From the IMG/VR virus record IMGVR_UViG_3300028832_000100: a DNA stretch of 64,000 bases. One strand, written 5' to 3'. The position numbers and the translations under genes were made by a program. How positions within the stretch are numbered: position 1 is the first letter of the stretch; each line of letters opens with the position of its first letter. Of this stretch, positions 7,352 to 16,824 are shown one piece after another. Under the pieces are notes generated by a model. It made no database searches, was not told where the DNA came from, and saw nothing but the letters and a program-made list of their open reading frames with translations. The DNA is from a virus. Its lineage: Duplodnaviria > Caudoviricetes.

Positions 7352-7968
7352 TATTCTTCATCCTCCTTGACATCTTCGTTCTCTTCGACCTCATCGTCAT
7401 CAAGATCGAAGTCAAACATACCATCAAACATTTCAGAGAAATTGTTACCACCGAACATCATAAGCGGAAGAACAGAACCGAAACCGTTTGCATTGCTCGA
7501 AGACAATCCATCACCTGCATTGTTGCCGTTGAGCATCTGAGACATGAGCATATAAGACATCATCTTGTTCATGCCCTTCTTACCTTTCGTGAAGCTGTTG
7601 CCGAACATCGATACGATCTTCCCGTAGAAGTAGGTATTGCCCATAAATACATGACGCTCAGGCAAAATTTCCTTAACGGTGGAGTCTTCGTAGTCAATGA
7701 CCTTGATTGTGTCCTTCTCAACAGAGGTGACACACTTCGGTTTTCCGCTGACGAGAATGATATCTCCGGGCTCCACTTTATTGGTAGGAATCACAAAGAA
7801 GAATTCCTCCCCAATATTGAACACGAAGTTACTGCAGTTGGTCAGACGGTTGGTTTTAAGATTGTAGGTCTTATACCCACCACTTGTCTTGACAGCCAGT
7901 TCACCATTCATGGTGAGTCTGCACATACCGTTGGCAACCTTGCCAAACATACCGTTGAACATATTCAT
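7351..7968 (-). CDS. Hypothetical protein, translationally coupled to the vWA gene
   Basis: 205 aa, AAGGAG RBS, Met/Gly-rich region and acidic tail. Confidence 0.75.
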   Translation of the reverse strand: MNMFNGMFGKVANGMCRLTMNGELAVKTSGGYKTYNLKTNRLTNCSNFVFNIGEEFFFVIPTNKVEPGDIILVSGKPKCVTSVEKDTIKVIDYEDSTVKEILPERHVFMGNTYFYGKIVSMFGNSFTKGKKGMNKMMSYMLMSQMLNGNNAGDGLSSSNANGFGSVLPLMMFGGNNFSEMFDGMFDFDLDDDEVEENEDVKEDEE

Positions 7969-8018
7969 TTTCTTCTCCTTTTTTCACACTATTATCCCCG
8001 TGTGATAGGGAAATTTAC

Positions 8019-8113
8019 TGGTGCCCTCACTAGGACTCGAACCCAGATCGTCCTCACATCTAGAGGCAGTGCCGGGTTATAGAGCCGGAGTTCTACCATT
8101 GAACTACGAGGGC
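8019..8113 (-). tRNA. Atypical long-variable-arm tRNA (TAT/Ile in the standard register; CTA possible)
   Basis: Acceptor GCCCTCG/TGAGGGC, normal D and T arms, CCA; anticodon arm CCGG-CTCTATAAC-CCGG; about 25-nt extra arm. Confidence 0.75.
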
Positions 8114-8119
8114 ATTTCG

Positions 8120-8230
8120 TCCATGGTTGTTTCTACGATACCATAAAACGCTTGATTGTCGATGGTAGAAAGGAGGAAGAACCATCGAGCAACTTAACCG
8201 ACAGAAGCACTCCGGGAAACTATCGGAAGT
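8120..8230 (-). ncRNA. Candidate sRNA with an anti-Shine-Dalgarno loop
   Basis: UCGAUGGU-UCUUCCUCCUUUCU-ACCAUCGA hairpin flanked by two more hairpins. Confidence 0.45.
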
Positions 8231-8267
8231 ATTTGATGTGCTTTTTGTCTATATTAGACCTTACATA

Positions 8268-8471
8268 TTATTTATCAATAAGAACACAGTATGCTGTGAT
8301 ACCTTGAAAGAATACGGCGTAAACAGAGTTAGAATCATCTGCGAAATAATTCCCGAAGTATTTCATAAAATCTTGATTGGGATCACTGTTGATTTTATTG
8401 AGTTTAATCCAATCAACAAGAATTGCAGTACATCCGAGTTCAGTTTCGTAGAAGTTTTTATACTCTTTCAT
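8268..8471 (-). CDS. Hypothetical protein
   Basis: 67-aa ORF directly behind a promoter. Confidence 0.6.
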   Translation of the reverse strand: MKEYKNFYETELGCTAILVDWIKLNKINSDPNQDFMKYFGNYFADDSNSVYAVFFQGITAYCVLIDK

Positions 8472-8505
8472 CCTTATTAACCTCGTTTTTCTTGATTACA
8501 CTATT

Positions 8506-8534
8506 ATTATAGCATATTTAGTCGTATTTGTCAA
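8506..8534 (-). promoter_or_regulatory. sigma-A type promoter
   Basis: TTGACA-17-TATAAT with TG. Confidence 0.85.
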
Positions 8535-8860
8535 CTACAAAATTCAGAAAGTTCCTTTTTAAGAGTGTCAGCGTTTTCTTGCTGTACGCATTTCAAGTGA
8601 TGAAGTGCATCTGCCATTCTTTTTGATTCATTTGCTTTCTTATTTAATTTTCTCACTTTTCGAGTAAGATGTCTTACAGCAAACTCGTCACGAGACAGCA
8701 TTGCTCTTTTAATGGAAATTTCCATTCCCTTTTCAATGTTAAAAACATCATCCGCATGGCATTTAGCTTCTCCGATGAATGGTTCTTCTCTCATTGAAGT
8801 GTCTGTTAGGAAACACCGAACGAGTCTGTCTTCCTTGTCAATCATATAAATTGCTTTCAT
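8531..8860 (-). CDS. Hypothetical protein
   Basis: Start MKAIYM after AGGAG; GEAKCHADDVFNIEKG motif common in phage proteins. Confidence 0.65.
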   Translation of the reverse strand: MKAIYMIDKEDRLVRCFLTDTSMREEPFIGEAKCHADDVFNIEKGMEISIKRAMLSRDEFAVRHLTRKVRKLNKKANESKRMADALHHLKCVQQENADTLKKELSEFCS

Positions 8861-9095
8861 TTTCTTTTTTCTCCTTATAAGTATTAATTTTTTTCCATTT
8901 CGGCTCACGAAATATAGCACCAACTCTTGTAGCACCATAAACAGTTTTCATATTAACAGGTCTTGCATAGATGTATGTTTTCCAAAAGGTGTTCTCTAAA
9001 CTTATGATAATATACAAGTCCCCACATTTGCTATCTGAAATCACATCTCCAATGGTGAGATTTTTTGCTCTTTTCACCTCATTTAGCGAATACAT
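8838..9095 (-). CDS. Hypothetical protein
   Basis: ORF in a tightly packed operon. Confidence 0.6.
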   Translation of the reverse strand: MYSLNEVKRAKNLTIGDVISDSKCGDLYIIISLENTFWKTYIYARPVNMKTVYGATRVGAIFREPKWKKINTYKEKKENESNLYD

Positions 9096-9369
9096 TTGTC
9101 TCGCCCTCTAAAAGATCAAAGGCAGGTAGATCCTTATATTTCTCTCTCAGCTCATCTGCAGAAATAACCGCTAACCCATATCTGTCAGAATCAGCCAATC
9201 TCTTTTTATATAGATCTTCGTCAAACCTTTTGTTGTTTACACATCCACATTTTGTGCAATATTCTGTGTGACGAACAATCTCAAAAGGATCATGCGCTAT
9301 CAGTGTCTTATAGTGATATGTAATAAGACACTCGACAAAATTGTGCTTACAAGATGAATTTTTTCTCAT
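9079..9369 (-). CDS. Hypothetical protein (Cys/His, possible Zn ribbon)
   Basis: CKHNF...CTKCG. Confidence 0.6.
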   Translation of the reverse strand: MRKNSSCKHNFVECLITYHYKTLIAHDPFEIVRHTEYCTKCGCVNNKRFDEDLYKKRLADSDRYGLAVISADELREKYKDLPAFDLLEGETNVFAK

Positions 9370-9371
9370 TA

Positions 9372-10160
9372 TTAGTTATCCTCCAATACCACACAATTTA
9401 CTTTATGAGTCAAAGCAGTACAACCATCAAGAGCGATTATCCCATTATCCACAAATGGGTCAAAATTGGCATATCTATGCTCCGGGTTTGTACTATATTT
9501 GTTCGGGAACTCAACTCCATCACTGTGGAGTTTTGAGTGACCATAACTGGTATGCCAATGACCACAAACAACCATTTTCCCCTCTACTCTAACACCTTGA
9601 TACCACGCTTCCATTCCATTGATCCAGCGTGCGTACTCCCAGTTTCCATTACGCCAATCTTCAATGCTCGAATAGTTTATCTTTCTTGCATGATAGGGAT
9701 TTGGATCATCTGACTTACACGGGATCCATCCGTGAACGAAAACATACTTGGGTGTTTCATAGAAATCTACGCAAGACTTCCTATAGTCCTTCCACTGCTT
9801 CCACTTCTTAAACCATGTAAAATAATCAATGCCTTTTCCATGGATAATAGTTTTGTCATAATAACTGTCTACAACCGTTTGAAAAGTACCATTACTGAAA
9901 TCATAACTTAGGGCATCCATTCGATTCAGCATGGCATCCATGAGTGTTTCATGGTTTCCACAAATGAGAATCTTTTGGTCGGAAGGAATACTGTTTACAA
10001 ACCTTAAGCAGTCCACAGGTTGACTTCCTCTATCGAGAAGATCTCCGCATGACACAAAGATATGATCTGGATTATCTTTATCAAACCCAACTTCGTCTAA
10101 CGCCGATTTCATCTGGGTGTAAAAACCATGTACGTCACTTACTACGAAGTACTTTTTCAT
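9372..10160 (-). CDS. Calcineurin-like metallophosphoesterase
   Basis: SDVHG, GDLLDRG, GNHE, VHG, GHWH. Confidence 0.9.
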   Translation of the reverse strand: MKKYFVVSDVHGFYTQMKSALDEVGFDKDNPDHIFVSCGDLLDRGSQPVDCLRFVNSIPSDQKILICGNHETLMDAMLNRMDALSYDFSNGTFQTVVDSYYDKTIIHGKGIDYFTWFKKWKQWKDYRKSCVDFYETPKYVFVHGWIPCKSDDPNPYHARKINYSSIEDWRNGNWEYARWINGMEAWYQGVRVEGKMVVCGHWHTSYGHSKLHSDGVEFPNKYSTNPEHRYANFDPFVDNGIIALDGCTALTHKVNCVVLEDN

Positions 10161-10684
10161 ACAAGTCTCTCCTTTATGTCATTTATGATACGACTATAAC
10201 CGTCAAGATCCCCTGTAACCCTGCTGTAAGGAATATTGTACTCGTCAAGTACGCCCAAAATAGACCTCGAAAGATCGTCAGACTCGCTTTCTGTTTGTGT
10301 TCTGCCGATCTCGCAATACGGTTTCGTTCTTTCCAAAAAGTAAGACACATTGTTGTAATTGTTAAAATTATCCATTACAAGATTGTTCAAACTTTCTGAG
10401 ATTTTTTCGTTTTTGTTATAGATGATACTTAGAATAGATGGGCTGTCCGTAACAATGACATCTACCTTATCGGCGCATCTCTCGATTCTGTAAGCTTGAA
10501 TACCAAAAACATAGGGTTGGTAACTGAGAGCGTTGTAATTCTCTTCCCACACCATATCCTTTGCACACTCTGTTACAAGCTCTGCGTTAATGCCATCCAT
10601 CTTTAATCTGGAAAAAATGTAAGCCGCCCCGGTGCTTTTTCCAGAACCAGGTCCACCAAACAGATTTACAACCAGTGCTTTCAA
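10157..10684 (-). CDS. P-loop kinase (NadR/AAA_28-like)
   Basis: GGPGSGKST, VTDSP, GRTQTE. Confidence 0.75.
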   Translation of the reverse strand: MKALVVNLFGGPGSGKSTGAAYIFSRLKMDGINAELVTECAKDMVWEENYNALSYQPYVFGIQAYRIERCADKVDVIVTDSPSILSIIYNKNEKISESLNNLVMDNFNNYNNVSYFLERTKPYCEIGRTQTESESDDLSRSILGVLDEYNIPYSRVTGDLDGYSRIINDIKERLV

Positions 10685-10863
10685 AGTGCCGCCTCCGGTC
10701 TTGCATCAACAAATAAGTCAACGTGGTCACAGTCTTTCATTGTGCAACCTTCTGATCCACCGTAACAGATTTCAAATTCAGTCGGCATACTGTCCACGAT
10801 AATGTTAAAATCCGCTTCCGGGTTATATTTAGAAATCTCTTCGATAAGTTCTTTTACTTTCAT
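10681..10863 (-). CDS. Hypothetical protein
   Basis: MKVKELIEEI-type small phage protein, GGAGG RBS. Confidence 0.65.
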   Translation of the reverse strand: MKVKELIEEISKYNPEADFNIIVDSMPTEFEICYGGSEGCTMKDCDHVDLFVDARPEAAL

Positions 10864-10882
10864 AATGACCTCCTTTCACAAG

Positions 10883-13135
10883 TTAGTGATTCAGGAGATA
10901 TTCCCTCGATACATTCTTAAAGCTCTCCTGACCGTCGAGAGAACGGTACACAACCCCCTCACGCATAACAGACGGATTAACCTCAGAATTTCCATCGGCA
11001 AACTCCTTCATTTCCTCCATTGTATCCTTAGTTTTGTCTATTCCAAGAACAGGAACCCATTTCATTCCCCAGTCAAGAATAATTTCTCTTCCGTCAAGGC
11101 TGGAAAATCTTCCAAGTTTTGCCGTAATAAAATTGAAAATGTAAAGATCATCTTCTTTCAACTGTAAAGGGTTGCCTTGTACATTTCCGACAGATTCTCC
11201 CTGAATACACACCCATTTCTCATCGGGATGCTCAACCAGATACTTTTTCAAGTGATTCTCAATGGCATATTTTTTAGCCATCTCCCAATAAATGTTATAT
11301 CCATGGTAGCACGCCTGTTTTTCGTTTTCCTGTCTTACATTACGGGAGCAAACATAGAACTCAAATCTTCCAAACGGTTTTCTTTCGAGAACATAGGTAC
11401 TGGATGTGTTATGTGTGAGAACACCACATGCAAAATAGTTGTGGTTGTCTTCTACTTCCAAATCAAAAACATATTTTCTCCCGTAGTCTTCTATTTTATT
11501 CACACGAACTACAGTGGTTTCAACAATGCTTGAACCGTTCTCACATACATAATCAGACAGACAATATTTGATATTTCTATACCGGATAGGAAGCTTATAT
11601 TTCATCCCATCACAAATATATGGAGCAACCAACAGGCAGAATTTATCTGTGTTTTTTGTGTCAAGTGACAAAACATTCCCCTTATAAGAGTCCTTTGTGT
11701 TGAGTTTTGCCTCGATATCAAATTTATTTTTTAGAGCATCAATAAGGATATTACACTCGTATAAAGAGAAACTGTTTGTTGCGATGTATATTCTAGGTCT
11801 TAAATTATCGCTATCTGCATTATGAATACAACCATCATCCATATACCAAAACGCAAGTGAAATGGGTGTCAGACAATCACACCACTCCTTTGTAACTGTC
11901 TTTTTCTCACCGTCCCAGCATTTTCTGCACACATCCTCATGAATATCACCAGAAGATACATAGTGTGCCCGTAGCAATTCAGACCCATATCCTGATGTAG
12001 AATTTTTATATTTGTGACAATCATTACCAAGCAATCTTACGGTCTCATCAAAATACTCTTTTTGTTTAATGGAGTGATTGAAAGAGAATCCACCATTAAG
12101 AATACCGTGCTTTACAGAAAGAGAAGCATCACCAAGCAGTTTTCCTAATGCAATTTGTTTTGCTACTTCAGATGATATTTCTTTCCTGTGAAAAACCATG
12201 TCTCCAGCTTTTAATTCACAGGATGGGATATAATCTGTTCCGTTAAAAAATTTGTGGGTTGATGTACACTTAATGTGCTTTTCACGATTCCCACCAGATG
12301 TACCCATTTGTTTAACAACAACATCATACATATCGGAAACGCGCTTCCACTTGAAATATTGTTTGATGTCCTTGTACTCGCATCTTCCACTCTTCGTATT
12401 GTATGATAAAACTTGAACAGGCATCTTTTTATTAACAATTTCACTAATTTTGAAAATTCCACTGTTTGTAACAACTGATACATCGCGATCAAGACAGCCA
12501 TCTAACTTTTCTGTAAGAACGTAATCTTTGCCATTCCCAAGAACCCATGCCATATTTTCGACCCGTTCTTCGTCTGTCTTTTTAATAAACGACGGAAAAC
12601 CTCTTTTTTCCTTGTGCTTATTACGGAATAGTTTGGTGAGAATAGATCTTCCCCATTTTCTCTTCATAAGCCACTTGAAGATTCTCTTTTTGTAAATTTT
12701 CGGATGTCTTGCTTTCATAGAAGTCTCGAAGTCACTTCTGGTAGAATAATCTTTTCGATCGTTGTCTTCTCTCGTGTAGTATTTGATATTGAGAGCTTTT
12801 CCGACATCTTCCCCGAGTCTGTATTCGTCCAATTCGGGGAATGTCGAGCGATGGAAAACAAGTCCCTGCGAGGTAGTTCCGCCACACATCTTGATAGTCT
12901 TCACCCGGTAATTTCTCTTCTCCATGAAAGCAAAACGCTCATCTTCTTTAGGAACTTCCGAATCGTATTCGATGTAGATACATTCGTCACCTACTTTGAA
13001 TACATCTGCCTTGGAAACGATTGCTCTCCACCCATCATTGATGGTTGCCAATTCCACTCTATCATAGTTAGGAATAGGCTCAATTTTTGTAATTTTTGCA
13101 ATATATGCAAGTGATCTTTCTTCGTTAATAATCAT
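10883..13135 (-). CDS. RNA ligase (Rnl2/DRB0094-like) containing an intein
   Basis: N-terminal OB-like domain, KTDEER, TEKLDG, CSRN, IQGE, REGVV, SFKNVS. Confidence 0.88.
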   Translation of the reverse strand: MIINEERSLAYIAKITKIEPIPNYDRVELATINDGWRAIVSKADVFKVGDECIYIEYDSEVPKEDERFAFMEKRNYRVKTIKMCGGTTSQGLVFHRSTFPELDEYRLGEDVGKALNIKYYTREDNDRKDYSTRSDFETSMKARHPKIYKKRIFKWLMKRKWGRSILTKLFRNKHKEKRGFPSFIKKTDEERVENMAWVLGNGKDYVLTEKLDGCLDRDVSVVTNSGIFKISEIVNKKMPVQVLSYNTKSGRCEYKDIKQYFKWKRVSDMYDVVVKQMGTSGGNREKHIKCTSTHKFFNGTDYIPSCELKAGDMVFHRKEISSEVAKQIALGKLLGDASLSVKHGILNGGFSFNHSIKQKEYFDETVRLLGNDCHKYKNSTSGYGSELLRAHYVSSGDIHEDVCRKCWDGEKKTVTKEWCDCLTPISLAFWYMDDGCIHNADSDNLRPRIYIATNSFSLYECNILIDALKNKFDIEAKLNTKDSYKGNVLSLDTKNTDKFCLLVAPYICDGMKYKLPIRYRNIKYCLSDYVCENGSSIVETTVVRVNKIEDYGRKYVFDLEVEDNHNYFACGVLTHNTSSTYVLERKPFGRFEFYVCSRNVRQENEKQACYHGYNIYWEMAKKYAIENHLKKYLVEHPDEKWVCIQGESVGNVQGNPLQLKEDDLYIFNFITAKLGRFSSLDGREIILDWGMKWVPVLGIDKTKDTMEEMKEFADGNSEVNPSVMREGVVYRSLDGQESFKNVSREYLLNH
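11408..12496 (-). mobile_element. Intein (363 aa) with LAGLIDADG endonuclease
   Basis: KLDG|CLDRD...LGKLLGDAS...AFWYMDDG...VFDLEVEDNHNYFACGVLTHN|T. Confidence 0.92.
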
Positions 13136-13138
13136 TTT

Positions 13139-14047
13139 TCATTCTCCTGTTTTGTATTTTTTACAAACAATGATCTTGCAAATACCCCTATCTGTGCGAA
13201 CAACACTGCAAACAAATCCATCTTTCACAAGCACATCGAAAAGGTCTTCCACGGCATTTTTGTAAACCGTAGCATAAACATGGTTTACACCCTCAGAAAG
13301 GCTTGATTTAATTTTACCGCAAACAGACTGAATTGTGTATCCCACGCCGAGAGACTCCAAATCTTTACGAAGATCCAGCGTTTTCTCGCTTTCGAGTTCT
13401 GACTCATCTCTGTGACTCATGGTAATGAGAGAACTCATCGGAAGCGTTTCAATCCATTCACAAAATGCTCTCCACTCCGGCAGTCTGTGATTTTTACGCT
13501 GTGCATAAATTGTTTTGAGTTGTCTGTAGTTTGTGGTCATCCCGGCAGTGAGACGAAATCCACACGGGTTCGTGTATAGAATCTCCAAATACTTGTTCTT
13601 TAAGTCCTCTTCGTACTTTTCGATCTCACTTTCAGATAAATGGTCTTTCGTCCATGTAGGCTCTGCTTGTTTAAGCTCATTGTAGTCTTTGACCTTTTCT
13701 TTCATAATTTCGATCACACGGCTGTCTACATATCCAATGTAGGAATCATCAAGATCAAACTTTGTGATCTTGTGCATTGTTGATTGAGAAGAAACAAAAT
13801 CAAAGAAATGATATCTTTCTGCTTCTGTCCATGCCTTTACGGTCAGTGTAAGATCGAATTGAACAATAACACCAGTAAGCCATTGATCGTGACCAGATCC
13901 TCTGTCACTCTGCGCGAGTTTTCTTATCCCATCCGTTAGATCTCCGTTTAGAGTATCGGTGTTTACAGACATCGGATATTTTGCTCTCTTGATGCTTTCT
14001 TCAAGACCATATACGTTTACATTTTTTACAATGTCTCGGTAATCCAT
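13139..14047 (-). CDS. Divergent ThyX-like (thymidylate synthase-complementing) phage protein
   Basis: GHDQWL, SQSTMH, TNYRQLKTIYAQRKNHRLPEW motifs. Confidence 0.5.
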   Translation of the reverse strand: MDYRDIVKNVNVYGLEESIKRAKYPMSVNTDTLNGDLTDGIRKLAQSDRGSGHDQWLTGVIVQFDLTLTVKAWTEAERYHFFDFVSSQSTMHKITKFDLDDSYIGYVDSRVIEIMKEKVKDYNELKQAEPTWTKDHLSESEIEKYEEDLKNKYLEILYTNPCGFRLTAGMTTNYRQLKTIYAQRKNHRLPEWRAFCEWIETLPMSSLITMSHRDESELESEKTLDLRKDLESLGVGYTIQSVCGKIKSSLSEGVNHVYATVYKNAVEDLFDVLVKDGFVCSVVRTDRGICKIIVCKKYKTGE

Positions 14048-14460
14048 TATTTATACACCTCATTCAAAAGATTCAAAACATTTTTCTCATCACACCCGAT
14101 ATCAATCTTGAAACATCCACAATCTTGCTTAAATAACTCATCCAAGAATTTCTTATCCCTATTCGGGTGATAGTAAATAGAGTATGTTACATCATCGGTG
14201 ATTACATCATGTAATTTAATCGCTTTATTTTCCGTGGCGGTATCTATACCGAATATATTCTTCGCTACGGATTCACCGAACACATACCTCTTAAAGATAT
14301 GATATCTTCCAATTTTTGTTAAAACTTCATTGTCATTTGGATCAATTAAGCACTCGCTCTTCTTGTTCTTGTTTGGCTCTTTAATAGATAAGAAACACTG
14401 TACCCAAGATTTCTTGGGATCTACATCTTTACGCTCTTTGCAATCAGTGTGCTGTTTCAT
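14047..14460 (-). CDS. Hypothetical protein
   Basis: Start trimmed to MKQHTD. Confidence 0.55.
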   Translation of the reverse strand: MKQHTDCKERKDVDPKKSWVQCFLSIKEPNKNKKSECLIDPNDNEVLTKIGRYHIFKRYVFGESVAKNIFGIDTATENKAIKLHDVITDDVTYSIYYHPNRDKKFLDELFKQDCGCFKIDIGCDEKNVLNLLNEVYK

Positions 14461-14992
14461 CAACAACTCTTCCCCTGTATTTCTTCCACTCGTTCTCTGT
14501 TCCTGTCTTATACCACGACACAGAACCATTTTCGTCAATCATCACATATGACAATTTCTTAGCCTTGTCGATTACAAAGATTTTCCCTCTACCTTTTTCG
14601 TTGGTAAAATTACTCTCAATAGAAGAGAAGGTAAACAGGTCGCTCATATCCTTAATGTTAGCAGGATCGATTTTTCTCATGTCTTTTTCCTCCGGAATGT
14701 ATTTTCTTTGTTTTTCCGCTCTTTTTGCTTCTTCCAAGATTTTTCTTTCTTCAAGAAGTTTCTTAGCTTCTGCTCTTTCTTCTGGATAATGAGTGCAGTT
14801 CAATCTATTGCCCTTACAAGAACACGGATCGCACTCTTGTGTTCCACGGCAGTGTCCCTCTACAACTGTGTAGTGGTCTACCACATGCCCTGTCCATTGG
14901 CTATATAGCGGTCTTTCTACATCTCTTGTCTCATAACAAGTACACTCGACAATATTATTAGCTGTATCTATCTTAAACTCTCTTTTACTCAT
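14444..14992 (-). CDS. Hypothetical Cys-rich protein
   Basis: CRGTQECDPCSCKGNRLNCTHY. Confidence 0.65.
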   Translation of the reverse strand: MSKREFKIDTANNIVECTCYETRDVERPLYSQWTGHVVDHYTVVEGHCRGTQECDPCSCKGNRLNCTHYPEERAEAKKLLEERKILEEAKRAEKQRKYIPEEKDMRKIDPANIKDMSDLFTFSSIESNFTNEKGRGKIFVIDKAKKLSYVMIDENGSVSWYKTGTENEWKKYRGRVVDETAH

Positions 14993-15915
14993 ACTTCTCT
15001 CCCGCTTGCTTTGTTATCTGCTTCCATGAATTCAACAAGCTTATTGAACCTATCTTCTCCCCACAACTGTTTATACTTTTTTACAGCCTTTTCGGACTTG
15101 ATAATATCTCTGATGTGCATGTGGTAATTCACATAGAAGATGATTTCATTCAAAATATCAAGATCCTCTCCACGACGCACATAAGGAGATGAAAATTCCG
15201 ACGCAACCACATAAGCACCAACACTCTCGTGATTGTAGTAATGGCTTACACCGTTTTCATCCGTCACTCTCGTGTACAGTTTACCAACATCGTGAATAAT
15301 ACCGGCGAGATGTCTTGGATCGTCACTTTCAAACTGTGTAGCAACCTTCATACAGTGATCGTAGAGTCTGTACTTGTGATAAGGTGTGTTTTGGTCAAAA
15401 TCACGCGCTTTCGTCCACATAAAATTATAGAATTCAGGGCAAAGGTCGGATGTTGTGTCTTGCATAAGCTCAATGTAATCAAATCCCTCAAACTTTTGCG
15501 GATATTGAAACGATCTGACCATTCTATCTATGACCTCTTTCCCGACAGTGCGATCTCTACCAGAATCTCTCTCGATGCACTTCTTCAAGGTCGGACAAAC
15601 AATGATGGCTCTGCAAGAAAACGGTTTACTCACTCTTGCCTTAATATCCTGAATGAAAGAAATTCTTTTCTTGGCAACCAAATTGGTAGCATCCAGAATG
15701 GCACTTCGATCCGAATTTAAAATATCTACAACTCTATCACGAGCAATTTCAAACACTCTCGCGGGATTGTCTTGAATTTCTTCGGATCCATACAATTCCT
15801 TTCTTATAGAATCAGAAGAAACGGATTCAATGTGTCCGATGTGGGAAGTAATTGCTTCAGCAAATGTTGATTTCCCACTTCCTGGCAATCCGACAAGCAT
15901 AATAAATTCTGCCAT
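14989..15915 (-). CDS. Polynucleotide kinase-like P-loop domain fused to an HD phosphohydrolase
   Basis: GLPGSGKST, SSDSIR, DATN; H...HDVGK...HESVGA. Confidence 0.85.
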   Translation of the reverse strand: MAEFIMLVGLPGSGKSTFAEAITSHIGHIESVSSDSIRKELYGSEEIQDNPARVFEIARDRVVDILNSDRSAILDATNLVAKKRISFIQDIKARVSKPFSCRAIIVCPTLKKCIERDSGRDRTVGKEVIDRMVRSFQYPQKFEGFDYIELMQDTTSDLCPEFYNFMWTKARDFDQNTPYHKYRLYDHCMKVATQFESDDPRHLAGIIHDVGKLYTRVTDENGVSHYYNHESVGAYVVASEFSSPYVRRGEDLDILNEIIFYVNYHMHIRDIIKSEKAVKKYKQLWGEDRFNKLVEFMEADNKASGREV

Positions 15916-15924
15916 AAATCAACC

Positions 15925-16104
15925 TCAGTAAAGAGTTACATATACATCATTCCCATGGTATTGGAAACGAATACATCTCACAACGCTTGCAAGGGTATTA
16001 CTTGATAATTCATAGGTTCTAACCTTGCTATACCGATCATCCGTCAATTTCTTGATGAAAAGAGAATCATAGCCACCAAGATCAATCAATTCCTTCAGTG
16101 TCAT
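15925..16104 (-). CDS. Hypothetical protein
   Basis: MTLKEL start after GGAGAGG. Confidence 0.55.
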   Translation of the reverse strand: MTLKELIDLGGYDSLFIKKLTDDRYSKVRTYELSSNTLASVVRCIRFQYHGNDVYVTLY

Positions 16105-16675
16105 CTTTTTCCTCTCCTGCACTTTCATTTTTGATAACATTTTTAGCAATGTATTCCTTTACATCATTAATATCGTAAGAGCAGATCTGAACATACCAAG
16201 TTCCATCTATCTCTTCTGCAAAACAAAACTTTCCGATGTCGTAGTTCAGTTCGCTATCCATCCCTGTGATATTGTCCTTCAGGGGAGCTTCGATGTAGTA
16301 TCTTTTTCCATCTATCGAGAAATAGATGATAATCCCGTACTCGTTCATTCCGGCGTATAACAATTCGTCAATCTTGATCTTGACCCGTGAAGAAAGGAAA
16401 TCCTCGGAAACCTTGTTGGAGATAAAATTAAGAATCGGAGTTTTCTTTCTCTTATCCGTAATCTTAAGCTCTTCAAACGCCTGATTCCAATTAATATAGT
16501 CATAGGTGCTTCTTTCAACTCTGACCTTATCTACAAGGTTTTTACGAGTCATACGGACAAATTCTTCACAGTCTTTCAACTTCCGAAGTTGTTCTTTATA
16601 TAATCTCTCTGCATTGTTGACATTCTCAATATGCTTTTTGTGATCGTCTTCAAAGAAATTATTCCACGGTGTCAT
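16082..16675 (-). CDS. Hypothetical protein
   Basis: Long ORF, start trimmed to MTPWNN. Confidence 0.65.
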   Translation of the reverse strand: MTPWNNFFEDDHKKHIENVNNAERLYKEQLRKLKDCEEFVRMTRKNLVDKVRVERSTYDYINWNQAFEELKITDKRKKTPILNFISNKVSEDFLSSRVKIKIDELLYAGMNEYGIIIYFSIDGKRYYIEAPLKDNITGMDSELNYDIGKFCFAEEIDGTWYVQICSYDINDVKEYIAKNVIKNESAGEEKDDTEGID

Positions 16676-16790
16676 TACTGTTAGCCCCTTCCATAGATGC
16701 ACGATAATCAACAAAATCCAGCTGTTTTACAACCTTGGCAATTTCATAAATGGTCATTCTTCCATCTCTCCCTTCGTTGTTACTATATAC

Positions 16791-16819
16791 ATTATACCAT
16801 AAAAACATGGATTTGTCAA
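16791..16819 (-). promoter_or_regulatory. sigma-A type promoter
   Basis: TTGACA-17-TATAAT with TG. Confidence 0.85.
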
Positions 16820-16824
16820 CTACA

